A stretch of 64,000 nt of DNA from Acidimicrobiia bacterium (GTDB lineage Bacteria; Actinomycetota; Acidimicrobiia; Spongiisociales; Spongiisociaceae), in NCBI GenBank assembly GCA_041576165.1, contig JBFGLM010000019.1:1-64000 (forward strand), read 5' to 3'. The notes under the pieces were generated by a model. The model was not told where the DNA came from and ran no database searches. It saw only the letters and a list, made by a program, of their open reading frames with translations. Both the position numbers and the translations under genes were made by a program. Each line of letters opens with the position of its first letter. Position 1 is the first letter of the stretch. Of this stretch, positions 41,402-50,551 are shown piece after piece.

Positions 41402-42014
41402 TCTACGTTCATTTGTATTCCTCGACAGCTTGCAGCCGCAATACGCTGCATTCATCGGCACGACCGCCCAGGGGTTCTTGCCGTTGGCGTTTGAGGCAGC
41501 GCTGTTCGTCGAGATTTCCCCGGGGATCGAAATCAACCGCCTCACCGACGTTGCCCTCAAGTCGAACGAGGTCAAGCCCGGTATGCAGATCGTCGAGAGG
41601 GTCTTCGGGCTGCTCGAGGTCCACTCACCCGAACAAGGCGAAACTCGGGGCGCCGGCGCGGCCATCCTCGAGGCGATCGAGCTCGAAGAGACCGATCGCC
41701 TCAAACCCGACATCCTCTCCAGCCAGATCGTGCGCCGGATCGACGATCACCAGGCCCAGCTCATCAACCGCATGCGCCACGGCCAGATGATCACTCCCGG
41801 CCAAACGCTCTACGTCCTCGAGTGCCTCCCGGCAGCCTATGCCGCGCTGGCGGCCAATGAGGCTGAGAAGGCGGCCGACATCAACGTCCTGGAAGTTCGA
41901 GCGTTTGGGGCGGTGGGCCGGGTCTATCTGGGTGGGGAAGAGGCCGACATCGATGTCGGATGGCAGGCGGCGGTGACCGCCCTCGAAGGGATCGAAGGTC
42001 GTCAACAATCGTGA
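41388..42014 (+). CDS. BMC-T shell protein, double-stacking CcmP/CsoS1D type
   Basis: [62 protein letters not shown]. Confidence 0.9.
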   Translation: MSDIDLRSFVFLDSLQPQYAAFIGTTAQGFLPLAFEAALFVEISPGIEINRLTDVALKSNEVKPGMQIVERVFGLLEVHSPEQGETRGAGAAILEAIELEETDRLKPDILSSQIVRRIDDHQAQLINRMRHGQMITPGQTLYVLECLPAAYAALAANEAEKAADINVLEVRAFGAVGRVYLGGEEADIDVGWQAAVTALEGIEGRQQS

Positions 42015-42039
42015 CAGAACATATGAGAGGAGAGGCCAG

Positions 42040-42327
42040 ATGGCTGATGCCCTGGGAATGATCGAGGCCAGGAGCTTTCCGGCGATGGTGGAAGCGGCCG
42101 ACGCAATGGTAAAGGCGGCCAAAGTCGAGCTGGTGTCGTACGAGGAGACGGGCGGCGGTTACGTCACGGCGGTGATCAGGGGCGATGTAGCCGCTGTCAA
42201 GGCGGCCGTTGACGCCGGGGTTCGTGGCGCCGAGCGGGTCGGCGAAGTCGTCAGCAGCCACGTGATCGCGCGTCCTCACGCCGCGATCGACACGGTGCTA
42301 CCACTGGGACGTGTCGCGGCTGAGTAG
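42040..42327 (+). CDS. BMC-H hexameric shell protein
   Basis: ALGMIE, EAADAMVKAA, RGDVAAVKAAV, HVIARPH. Confidence 0.96.
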   Translation: MADALGMIEARSFPAMVEAADAMVKAAKVELVSYEETGGGYVTAVIRGDVAAVKAAVDAGVRGAERVGEVVSSHVIARPHAAIDTVLPLGRVAAE

Positions 42328-42345
42328 CGGTAGGGGAGGCAGCGC

Positions 42346-42633
42346 ATGCTGTTAGCGCGAGTGGCCGGAACGGTCGTCTCGAGCCGCAAGGAGCCACGCC
42401 TCGCCGGTTTGAAGTTCCTACTGCTGCAGCAGATAGACGTGGACAACACACCCACCGGAGGTTACGTCGTGGCCGCCGATGCGGTCGGGGCCGGACTCGA
42501 CGAGGTCGTGATGTACGCCAGCGGCAGCTCGGCCCGCCAGACGGAGTACACGCACGAGCGGCCGGTGGATTCAGTCGTCATGGCGATCGTGGACATGTGG
42601 GAAGTCGACGGCAATGAGCAGTACCACAAATAG
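42346..42633 (+). CDS. BMC-P pentamer (EutN/CcmL family)
   Basis: [37 protein letters not shown]. Confidence 0.93.
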   Translation: MLLARVAGTVVSSRKEPRLAGLKFLLLQQIDVDNTPTGGYVVAADAVGAGLDEVVMYASGSSARQTEYTHERPVDSVVMAIVDMWEVDGNEQYHK

Positions 42634-42660
42634 CGGCGCCGAACGGAGCGGAGGTCGGCG

Positions 42661-44118
42661 ATGAAAACGCTGAGCGAGGCCGAAATCCAGGGAATCATCG
42701 ATCGCGTCCGCGGTCGCTTGGAGTCGGCGCCGGCCGCTCGGCCTGCGACCTCCTTGGCCGCCCAATCCGAACTGGCCGGTGATATCGAGCTGGGCGACGG
42801 TATCCACTTGGACGTGGATGGCGCGGTGGCCGCAGCTCGAAAAGCGCAGGACACGTACTCGCGAATGGGGCTTCGGACCCGTCACACCATCATCGACGCC
42901 ATCCGGGTCGAGATGCTGCGACAGGCCGAGAACCTGGCGATGCTGGCGCACACCGAAACTGGCCTCGGTCGCTACGAAGACAAGGTCATCAAAAACCGGT
43001 TGGTGACGACGAAGGCGCCCGGCCCGGAGGATCTGGAACCGGAGGCGGTGACCGGGGACGCCGGCATGACGGTCACCGAGTGGTCGCCGGTCGGCCTGGT
43101 CGGTGCGATCACCCCAACAACCAACCCGACGTCGACCATCATCAACAACACCATCTCGATCCTGTCCGCCGGCAACGCTGTAGTCTTCAACGTGCATCCC
43201 AATGCCAAGAAGTGCTCGGCTGAGAACGTCCGCCTGCTGAATCGGGCCATCGTCGGCGCCGGCGGTCCGCCAGATCTCGTGACCGCAGTGAGCGTGCCGA
43301 CCCTCGCGAGCGCCAAAGCGCTGATGGCCCACCCCGACGTGCGGGTGCTGCTCGTCACCGGTGGTCCCGGCGTCGTACAGGAGGCGCTGCGGGCCGGAAA
43401 GCGGGCGGTGACGGCGGGCCCGGGCAACCCCCCGGCGGTGGTCGACGAGACGGCCGACATCGGAAAAGCTGCCAGGGCGATCGTGGCCGGCGCCTCCCTG
43501 GATAACAACATCATTTGCACTGACGAGAAGGAGGCCATCGTCGTCGACTCGGTCGCCGACCATTTGGTGAGGGAGATGGCTGCGGCCGGCGCCTATGTGC
43601 TCAAAGGGCACGAGTTGAAGAAGCTGGAGCGGATCATCTTCAAAGAGATGGGCCCGCCCAACAAGCCGGGGGTCATCAATCCTGCCTTCATCGGCAAGAA
43701 CGCATCGGTCATCCTCCGCGAGATCGGGGTGACGGTGGGTGATGAAGTCCGCCTCGCCGTGGCCGAAGTCTCCAACGAGCACAACCTTGTCTGGACCGAG
43801 CAGATGATGCCGGTATTCCCGGTAACCCGCGTGTCCACCGTCGACGCCGGCATTGACCTCGCGGTGCGCGCCGAGCACGGTTTCCGTCACACGGCTGGAA
43901 TCCACTCCACCAACGTTGAGACAATCACCCGGATGGCACGGGCGATGAACTGTTCGATATTCGTCGCCAACGGACCGTTCTACGCCGGGTTGGGCGAGGG
44001 CGGCGAGGGGTACACATCGTTTTCGATCGCCAGCCCGAGCGGCGACGGCATGAGCCGGCCGCGCACGTTCTCCCGCCCCCGCCGCGTGAGCGTCGTCGGT
44101 GCGCTGAGGATCGTCTGA
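42661..44118 (+). CDS. BMC CoA-acylating aldehyde dehydrogenase (EutE/PduP family)
   Basis: PTTNPT, TGGPGVV, AGPGNPP, DNNIICTDEK (catalytic Cys), EQMMP, EHGFRH; N-terminal amphipathic extension. Confidence 0.93.
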   Translation: MKTLSEAEIQGIIDRVRGRLESAPAARPATSLAAQSELAGDIELGDGIHLDVDGAVAAARKAQDTYSRMGLRTRHTIIDAIRVEMLRQAENLAMLAHTETGLGRYEDKVIKNRLVTTKAPGPEDLEPEAVTGDAGMTVTEWSPVGLVGAITPTTNPTSTIINNTISILSAGNAVVFNVHPNAKKCSAENVRLLNRAIVGAGGPPDLVTAVSVPTLASAKALMAHPDVRVLLVTGGPGVVQEALRAGKRAVTAGPGNPPAVVDETADIGKAARAIVAGASLDNNIICTDEKEAIVVDSVADHLVREMAAAGAYVLKGHELKKLERIIFKEMGPPNKPGVINPAFIGKNASVILREIGVTVGDEVRLAVAEVSNEHNLVWTEQMMPVFPVTRVSTVDAGIDLAVRAEHGFRHTAGIHSTNVETITRMARAMNCSIFVANGPFYAGLGEGGEGYTSFSIASPSGDGMSRPRTFSRPRRVSVVGALRIV

Positions 44119-44121
44119 CCC

Positions 44122-44706
44122 ATGCCGTTCACGGCCGCGATCGCACTCGTGGAATTCGGATCCATCGCGGCCGGCATCGAAGCCGGCGACGCCATGGTCA
44201 AGCGGGCGGCGCTCGGAGTCATCCGGGCCGGTACCGTCCAGCCGGGCCGCTACCTGGTGCTGATCGGGGGCGCGGTCGCTGAACTGGAAGAGGCTATTGA
44301 TGCGGCGCTGTTGATCGGATCCGACCATGTGGTCGACCGCATGTTTCTGCCCGATCCCCACCCGCAGCTGGTGGCCGCACTGACCGGTATCAGAGAAGAG
44401 GGCGAGGGCGAGGCACTCGGCATCATCGAGACATCTTCAGTGGCGGCAATCATCAACGCTGCCGACGCTGGTCTGAAGGGGGCGGAGGTCACTTTGCGCG
44501 AAGTCTTCTTGGCCGACGGGCTGGGTGGCAAGGGTTACCTGTTGTTTCGCGGGCCGCTGATGGAGGTGGAGGCGGCCGTTGAGATTGGTGCCAGGCAGAC
44601 CGACGGACGACTGGTCGGTTCGCGGGTCATCGCCCAACTGCACGACGAGATGGAAGAAAACCTGGCGGCCCATGGCCGGTTCGGGGCCCGGGTGAGGGGA
44701 GCGTGA
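44122..44706 (+). CDS. BMC-T shell protein (PduT-like, single-layer)
   Basis: SIAAGIEAGDAMVK, QPGRYLVL, ALGIIET, AADAGLK, GLGGKG. Confidence 0.88.
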   Translation: MPFTAAIALVEFGSIAAGIEAGDAMVKRAALGVIRAGTVQPGRYLVLIGGAVAELEEAIDAALLIGSDHVVDRMFLPDPHPQLVAALTGIREEGEGEALGIIETSSVAAIINAADAGLKGAEVTLREVFLADGLGGKGYLLFRGPLMEVEAAVEIGARQTDGRLVGSRVIAQLHDEMEENLAAHGRFGARVRGA

Positions 44707-44707
44707 G

Positions 44708-45013
44708 GTGCATCTGGGGCAAGTGATCGGAACCGTGGTGGCCACGCAGAAGACGCCCGATCTAGAGGGCGTGCGATTTCTCATCGTGCAGCCGCTGACA
44801 CGGGATCTGGAAAAGCGCGGACGGCCGGTAGTTGCGGGCGACGGGGTCGCCATGGCCGGACCGGGCGAACTGGTGTATTTCGTGGGCTCCCGGGAGGCCG
44901 CCCAAGCGATGCCCGAACGGTTCGTGCCCGTTGACCATGCGGTCGTCGGCATCGTCGACCAACTGGCGGTCGATCCGCTCCCCGAGCCTCGATCCCCCGG
45001 GAGTGAGGAGTGA
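44708..45013 (+). CDS. BMC-P pentamer (EutN/CcmL family)
   Basis: GQVIGTVVATQK, AGPGE, PVDHAVVGIVD. Confidence 0.92.
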   Translation: MHLGQVIGTVVATQKTPDLEGVRFLIVQPLTRDLEKRGRPVVAGDGVAMAGPGELVYFVGSREAAQAMPERFVPVDHAVVGIVDQLAVDPLPEPRSPGSEE

Positions 45014-45276
45014 AGATCGCGCGCGTCGCAGGAACGGTGGTGTCGACCATTTGTGCACCGATCTTCGAGCACCAGCGCCTGCTGCTCTGCGACTATCTGT
45101 CTCCGAGCGGTGATGCCACCGGGGACTACGTCATAGCAGTCGACGTGGTTGACGCCGGGCCCGGAGAGACCGTCTTGATCCTGGACGAGGGCACGGGCGC
45201 TCGCCAGATCATGGAGACCGACGTGGGACCGATCCGGGCGGTCGTTGTGGGGATCATCGATGAGGTGGATGCATGA
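45010..45276 (+). CDS. BMC-P pentamer (EutN/CcmL family)
   Basis: [36 protein letters not shown]. Confidence 0.92.
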   Translation: MKIARVAGTVVSTICAPIFEHQRLLLCDYLSPSGDATGDYVIAVDVVDAGPGETVLILDEGTGARQIMETDVGPIRAVVVGIIDEVDA

Positions 45277-45424
45277 GCCGGGCAAGAAGCCGACAAGCGG
45301 TACGAATGGCCCGAGGGTCAGGTACTAGGGCCCGGCGCGCCTGACCCCGCCGGGCCCATAAAATGGAAAGGTGGTGGCTGGCGTCACGGGAGGGCCAACA
45401 CCGCGACCAGAGGGAATCGGGATA

Positions 45425-46231
45425 ATGACGGTATTCGGGCATCAGATCTTGAGCCCCATGACCGTGGGTTCGCGGTCCGAGCGGGCCGCCGCCCTGGCAG
45501 GCTGGCTGGCGGGTCGGATCGGCGCGGATCTTCGGCTACTGAGCGTCGTGGATCACCAGTCTGAGGCGTCCGCCCGGCAAACGTATCTGGAGCAAGTTGC
45601 GGCCTCAATCGCCAGTCAGTTCGAGGTAGCCCCCACCTGCGGCATCAGCCTCTCCGGAAAGATCGAGTCCGAGCTGGCGCGCGCGTTGCGGGACGACACC
45701 GGCGTCGTCATGGCAACTGCCGCCACCCGGCTCCCGCATGACGGGCACTTCGGTTCGATCGCCGACCACATCGTCCGAGAGGCATACCGGCCGGTCACTC
45801 TGGTCGGCCCACACGCCACCGCCCGCTTCGTGCCCGGACCCGCCCGGGTGGTCGTACCGGTGGATGGATCAAACCTGGCGGAGCGCGCCGTGCCGGTAGG
45901 CGGCTCGCTCGCGGAAATCCTCGGGCTTCCGCTGTCGATCGTGACGGTCATGCGACGAGGGTCCAGCGGCCACTCCCCAACTTTCGACCAGGCCTATGTC
46001 CGCGAGCTGGCCCGAAAACTGGAAGGTACGGGTCTCATCGTCGAACCCGAGGCCGTCTACGATGCGCGACCGCCGGCGCAAGTCGTGGTCTCGTTGGAAG
46101 ACGGTAACGCCATCCCGGTGATCGCCTCCCATGGACGAACGGGTATGAAACGGTTGGTGGCAGGGTCGGTGGCCATCGCGATCGTGCGGTCATCGAGGTG
46201 GCCGGTGGTTGTGGTGCCGCCGTATATGTGA
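45425..46231 (+). CDS. Universal stress protein (tandem USP domains)
   Basis: FGSIADHIVR, VVPVDGSNLAERA, ASHGRTG..RLVAGSVA..PVVVV. Confidence 0.88.
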   Translation: MTVFGHQILSPMTVGSRSERAAALAGWLAGRIGADLRLLSVVDHQSEASARQTYLEQVAASIASQFEVAPTCGISLSGKIESELARALRDDTGVVMATAATRLPHDGHFGSIADHIVREAYRPVTLVGPHATARFVPGPARVVVPVDGSNLAERAVPVGGSLAEILGLPLSIVTVMRRGSSGHSPTFDQAYVRELARKLEGTGLIVEPEAVYDARPPAQVVVSLEDGNAIPVIASHGRTGMKRLVAGSVAIAIVRSSRWPVVVVPPYM

Positions 46232-46292
46232 GACGGCCCGGCACCGGCGCGTGAGCGCGCCCGGGAGGAGGGGTGCCGCCGTTCGGTTCGGC

Positions 46293-46652
46293 TCACCGCC
46301 TCAGCCGGCGCAACTGCGACTCGATGTAGCTGCGTGCGCGACGCTGACCACCGCGAACTGCGATCGCCGCCTGCAACGATTCGGGGCAATCAACGATGAG
46401 GTTTCGGTTCGACGGCCAGCCGCGGCGCTCGCACTCTCCGAGCCAGTCCCCCAGACTGCGATGACCCCGCTCGCGATTGCACCTGCGGCATGCGGCGACC
46501 TCATTCTCCAGCCAGCTGGGGCCTCCCTTGAGGCGAGGAACGAGGTGTTCGGTGGTGGCCACGACGAGTCCGACGCCCAGGTCCCGCCCGCACCAGACAC
46601 ACTGCTCACCGTCACGGCTCAGTATGAGCTCCATCCGCTCTCGGCGATTCAT
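46293..46652 (-). CDS. HNH endonuclease
   Basis: RDG.QCVWC, TTEHLVPR..GG, N.VAAC..CN..RG. Confidence 0.88.
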   Translation of the reverse strand: MNRRERMELILSRDGEQCVWCGRDLGVGLVVATTEHLVPRLKGGPSWLENEVAACRRCNRERGHRSLGDWLGECERRGWPSNRNLIVDCPESLQAAIAVRGGQRRARSYIESQLRRLRR

Positions 46653-46805
46653 CTCCCATGACCCATCGATGCGCTGCCGGCGGGAAGATTACCGAGAGGG
46701 CTTCGAAGAGCGGGCTGGGGTGCTGTCCGGTCCACCGCTCGGGGGATCAGGCTCGTGACACCCGATTGATTGCCGGCTCCCCGCGAAGGCACATCCGCTT
46801 CTCGG

Positions 46806-47543
46806 TCACGGGAAGTTCACGACGAGTACCAGGCCGAACACGATGATCAGGGCTGTCAGCGAGACCTGGTAGCCCGCCTGGCTGGTCGCCCGAAATGCTC
46901 TGTTGCCAATCGAAATGTAAGTAGCGCCGGCCAGCATCGGCAGCAGCAGGAGCGGGAGGACGGCCACGACCAGGTTCTCAGCCGCGAACACCAATGTTGC
47001 GAGCTGAACGGACGCCATCAAGCCGTAGGCGAAAGCGATCTGGCGTCGAATGTCGTCTTTGGCCTCGTACACGGCTCCCACGATCACTGTCAGGACCCCA
47101 CCTCCGAGGTTCGACAGCCCATGGATGACCCCCAGCAACGCCAGAAACCCGCGCAGATGGCGCCTCGCCCAGCGGCTCACCATCTCCTTGGCGGGGCCCA
47201 ACATACGAATGACGCCGCTGAGGATCAGCATGGCACCGACGATCAGGCGAATGTCGACCCCGGCGCCGACCGTGAGGATCAGCACGGTGCCGGCGAGGAC
47301 GAGCGGTGCCGTGTAGACCAGAAACTGGCGACGCATCGAATCCAGCTGCAGCCCTCCGTAACTCCGTAACTGCAGGGCGCTGATCACGATCGAGGAAGGC
47401 AACAAGTACGCCAGCGTTTCCTCAAAGGAGAAGCCCAACAAGAGCAGGGTGGGCGTGCCAAAAACCAGCAGCCCGACCCCGAATACCGACTGGACGACGG
47501 CGAACAGAATCACCACAACGATCAACAAGAGATCCAACTGCAC
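46806..47543 (-). CDS. TauE/SafE (TSUP) family membrane transporter
   Basis: QSVFGVG..FGTP, GLSNLGGG; hydrophobic; GTG start after a G-rich RBS. Confidence 0.8.
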   Translation of the reverse strand: MQLDLLLIVVVILFAVVQSVFGVGLLVFGTPTLLLLGFSFEETLAYLLPSSIVISALQLRSYGGLQLDSMRRQFLVYTAPLVLAGTVLILTVGAGVDIRLIVGAMLILSGVIRMLGPAKEMVSRWARRHLRGFLALLGVIHGLSNLGGGVLTVIVGAVYEAKDDIRRQIAFAYGLMASVQLATLVFAAENLVVAVLPLLLLPMLAGATYISIGNRAFRATSQAGYQVSLTALIIVFGLVLVVNFP

Positions 47544-47797
47544 CCTCCCCGATGCCCTGGCGTGGCAGCACCACACAGTGTGGCATGGCGCCATCACAAA
47601 GCAGAATGGAATCTGTTCCGGAGCAGCCGGTTTGTTCGGGTCCCGGCGCCCCTTTTTCGCCCTCGCAGGCACTCCCCGCGAGCCGGGTTTCTCCGATGGA
47701 GACAATGTCGGCATCGCCGCAGGATTCATCACCAGAAACCCGGCGCTACTTCGGCGAGTTCGGGCCGGCGGTAGACCGCCGGCCCGCTCGCTGCGCC

Positions 47798-48575
47798 TCA
47801 GACGAGGTTTTCGATCTCCTTGGTCTTCTCACAGGCAGTGGCCGTATCGGAGCCTGCGCCACCGGCGCACCGATCCACACCGTCGGCCGGCACCGGCGGT
47901 GGAGCCGGCGCGCCCGGCGGTGGAGGCGGAATGTCTCCGGCCAGGAAGTCATCGCCGCCGCCGCCGATGAGCACGTCGGAATCGGGACCACCTGCGACGA
48001 AGTCGTCGCCGGGACCACCGCGAAGGTGGTCGTACCCGATGCCACCGATGATGGCGTCGTTGCCACTGCCGCCCAGACCGGTGTCGTTGCCCACTCCCAG
48101 CGCGATGAAATCGTCGCCGGCGTCGCCGCGGATCTTGTCATAGCCGGGACCGCCCAACATCTGGTCGTCGCCGTCACCGCCCCGGATGTTGTCATTTCCT
48201 CCCGGTGCATCGACGTTGCCGAAGAAGCTGATGTCATCGCCGGTGATATGTCGTTGCCGGCCCCGCCCTCGATGTAATCGTCGCCTTGACAGCCGGCGAT
48301 CCAGTCATCGCCGCCGAGGCCCTTGATGGTGTCGTTCCCGTCGAACCCGGCGATGGCGTCGACGCCGTCGGTCCCGACCAGATAGTCGTCGCCGTCGGTG
48401 CCGAAGATCGGGTTGGCCACGATGCCCTCCACCGTTTCCAGCCACTCGACGAATCCTTCCGGGTCGAAACAGGGGTCAGGCTCCTCTTGGGCTGATGCCA
48501 TCGCGAGTGTCAGAGCCGAGATCACAAGCGGCATGATGATGAGAGAGAGACAACGGTTCGCCTCGACCGTGTCAT
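47798..48575 (-). pseudogene. Secreted RTX/hemolysin-type calcium-binding repeat protein, frameshifted twice
   Basis: GGxGxDxI nonapeptide repeats continue across a frame break near 48248; the RBS-preceded ATG at 48575 is out of frame at a (TC)5 tract (48541-48550). Confidence 0.75.
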
Positions 48576-48813
48576 ATCCTCCCCCTTCCGGTAGGCGTTT
48601 CCGGCCGTTATGGCCGCTCCCCTCAGCGAGGTAGTTCCACCCCGCACAAGCGCTGGGCCAAGCGCCCCCCAAACCTACTCCTCGAATTGGCCGGTTTTCG
48701 CTGATACCGTCCCCCGGCGCCGACCGGTTCGTGACTGTTGTGGCCCGATCGAAACCAGCCAAGACTCGGGAGTGGCGCACGACGATCTTCGTCGGCAATC
48801 TGAGGGACGCAAT

Positions 48814-49197
48814 GTGAAGCACTTCACGGTTTCGGTCGTGATTGACGCTCCGGCGGAAAGGGTCTGGACGCTCCTCGCCGAGTTCGCTCGCTGGCCGCAA
48901 TGGGGCCCATCGATTCGAGCGGTTGAGACTGCTACCGAACGCGTCGCACCGGGGGCTGTCGGACGGGTGAAGACGGCGGCTGGCTTCTGGTTGCCATTTG
49001 AGATCACCGCCGTGGAGCCCGGCCGGGCGTGGGACTGGAAGGTTGCCAAGATTCCCGCAACCGGCCATGCCGTGATCCCACTCGGACCGACCAGAAGCCG
49101 CGCGACCTTCTCGGCGCCCTGGCTGGTGGCTCCCTACATGCTCGTGCTGCGGGTTGGCTTGGGTCGGGTGCGGCGACTGGCAGAAGAAGCGCCCTGA
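48814..49197 (+). CDS. SRPBCC/polyketide cyclase family protein
   Basis: IDAPAERVW.LL.EFARWPQW, EIT.VEPGR.W.W. Confidence 0.85.
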   Translation: MKHFTVSVVIDAPAERVWTLLAEFARWPQWGPSIRAVETATERVAPGAVGRVKTAAGFWLPFEITAVEPGRAWDWKVAKIPATGHAVIPLGPTRSRATFSAPWLVAPYMLVLRVGLGRVRRLAEEAP

Positions 49198-49239
49198 GGG
49201 GCGCGGGGTCGATGGGACGGACGCGCGATCGGGGATCGT

Positions 49240-49674
49240 TCAGCTCATCGCCTGTCTGACCATGGTCAGCGCTACGCCACCCCGCGCTGACCAGAGCGCC
49301 GTGCGCACCCAGTTGGACTGGACCAGGAGACGCTGCAGTTCCACGTCATAGGCGTGTGACAGGCGGCGATGAATGGGTGCCTGCCATGCGGCGGTCGACA
49401 CCCACAGGGCGACGACGAGAAGCAGCCCACCGATCGCGAGCGGAGCGCCGACGGATTCCGGTCGATCGGCGACCTACCAAATGGCGGTGATCGCCTCGAC
49501 GGGCATGAATACGCCTACCACCCAGGAGGTGCGCCGTGTGTGGAGGGCTTCGTATCCGACGAAATCAGCCTTTCCGACGGCGCTGAACAATGGGTAATGC
49601 ACGATCTGCACAAACCAAATCAGGCCGACCATGGCCCAGGTGGCGGCGACGTGGAGAACGAGCACCAGACTCAT
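49240..49674 (-). pseudogene. Four-TM membrane protein interrupted by an in-frame TAG (49474-49476)
   Basis: GLIWFVQIVHYPLF...W-TAG-VADRP...QAPIHRRL...SNWVRTALWSARG continues in the same frame to TGA at 49240. Confidence 0.75.
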
Positions 49675-49675
49675 C

Positions 49676-50413
49676 TCAGCGGCGCGGCCTGACGGAGGCG
49701 AGTCCGCCATCGACGGCGAGCACCTGGCCGGTGATCCAGTCATTGGCGGGGTCGAGAAGAAATGCGATCGCGGCTGCTATCTCTTTTGGATCTCCCAGTC
49801 TCCCAAGGGCATGCATGGCGATGGACGCATCTTCCGCACTCTCGCTGGCAGTGAGCCGCTGGGTGAGCGGAGTCCGCACGAGACCAGGTGCGACCGCATT
49901 GACCCGTATTTGGTCAGAGGCGTAACTGGCGGCGGCGGCCCGCGTCAGACCTTCGATCCCGGCCTTGGCCGCCGCGATGGCCTCGTGATTTGCCAAGCCA
50001 ACCCGGGCGGCCGCGGACGATACGAGAACGATCGATCCCCCGGTCGACCGCATCGCCTTGGTTGCGGCGCGCACCGCCGCAAACGCCGACCGCAGGTTGA
50101 CGGCGATTGTCTCGTCCCACTCCTCGTCGGTCGTGATGTGGGCCGGCTTGAGTAACAGTGACCCCACGCAGTTGGCGACGCCGTCGATGCGCCCGAAATC
50201 GGAGACGGTCATCTGTACGGCCTGGGCCACTTGGCCCGTATCGGTGGCATCCAGCTGCATCGCGATGCCGCCGGTCTCTCCGGCCAGTCTTTCGAGGGAC
50301 TCGGCTGTGCGTCCGGCCAGCACCAATCGCGCGCCACGATCGGCGAGCACGCGGGCGGTTGCCGCCCCGACCCCGCCGGCGGCACCCAACAAGAGGTAGG
50401 CACGCTGGTTCAT
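49676..50413 (-). CDS. SDR family oxidoreductase
   Basis: GAAGGVG, VSSAAA, IAAAK, IRVNAVAPG, WITGQ.L.VDGG. Confidence 0.9.
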   Translation of the reverse strand: MNQRAYLLLGAAGGVGAATARVLADRGARLVLAGRTAESLERLAGETGGIAMQLDATDTGQVAQAVQMTVSDFGRIDGVANCVGSLLLKPAHITTDEEWDETIAVNLRSAFAAVRAATKAMRSTGGSIVLVSSAAARVGLANHEAIAAAKAGIEGLTRAAAASYASDQIRVNAVAPGLVRTPLTQRLTASESAEDASIAMHALGRLGDPKEIAAAIAFLLDPANDWITGQVLAVDGGLASVRPRR

Positions 50414-50551
50414 CTCCACGTATACGGCGTCGAGGGCGATCTCGGTTGAAGATCCGTGCTGCCGGCGATGCAAACCCGCGCCGAGCAACTCCCGGCCGAG
50501 CACAGGCCACCAGGACGCGCCGGGGATCGGTGAGTGCGGGTTCGGCCGCGC

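Noticed and set aside
42571-44361. 596-aa minus-strand ORF
   Set aside because: Antisense shadow of the aldehyde dehydrogenase gene.
46293-46652. HNH nuclease as part of a defence or mobile system
   Set aside because: Stand-alone small HNH with no methylase, ATPase, integrase or repeats nearby.
48576-49068. 5' part of the 440-aa ORF 47746-49068
   Set aside because: Antisense to the SRPBCC gene; only the central RTX-repeat segment looks coding.
49474-49476. TAG as pyrrolysine
   Set aside because: Not a methylamine methyltransferase, no pyl genes in view, and the site is not a catalytic motif.
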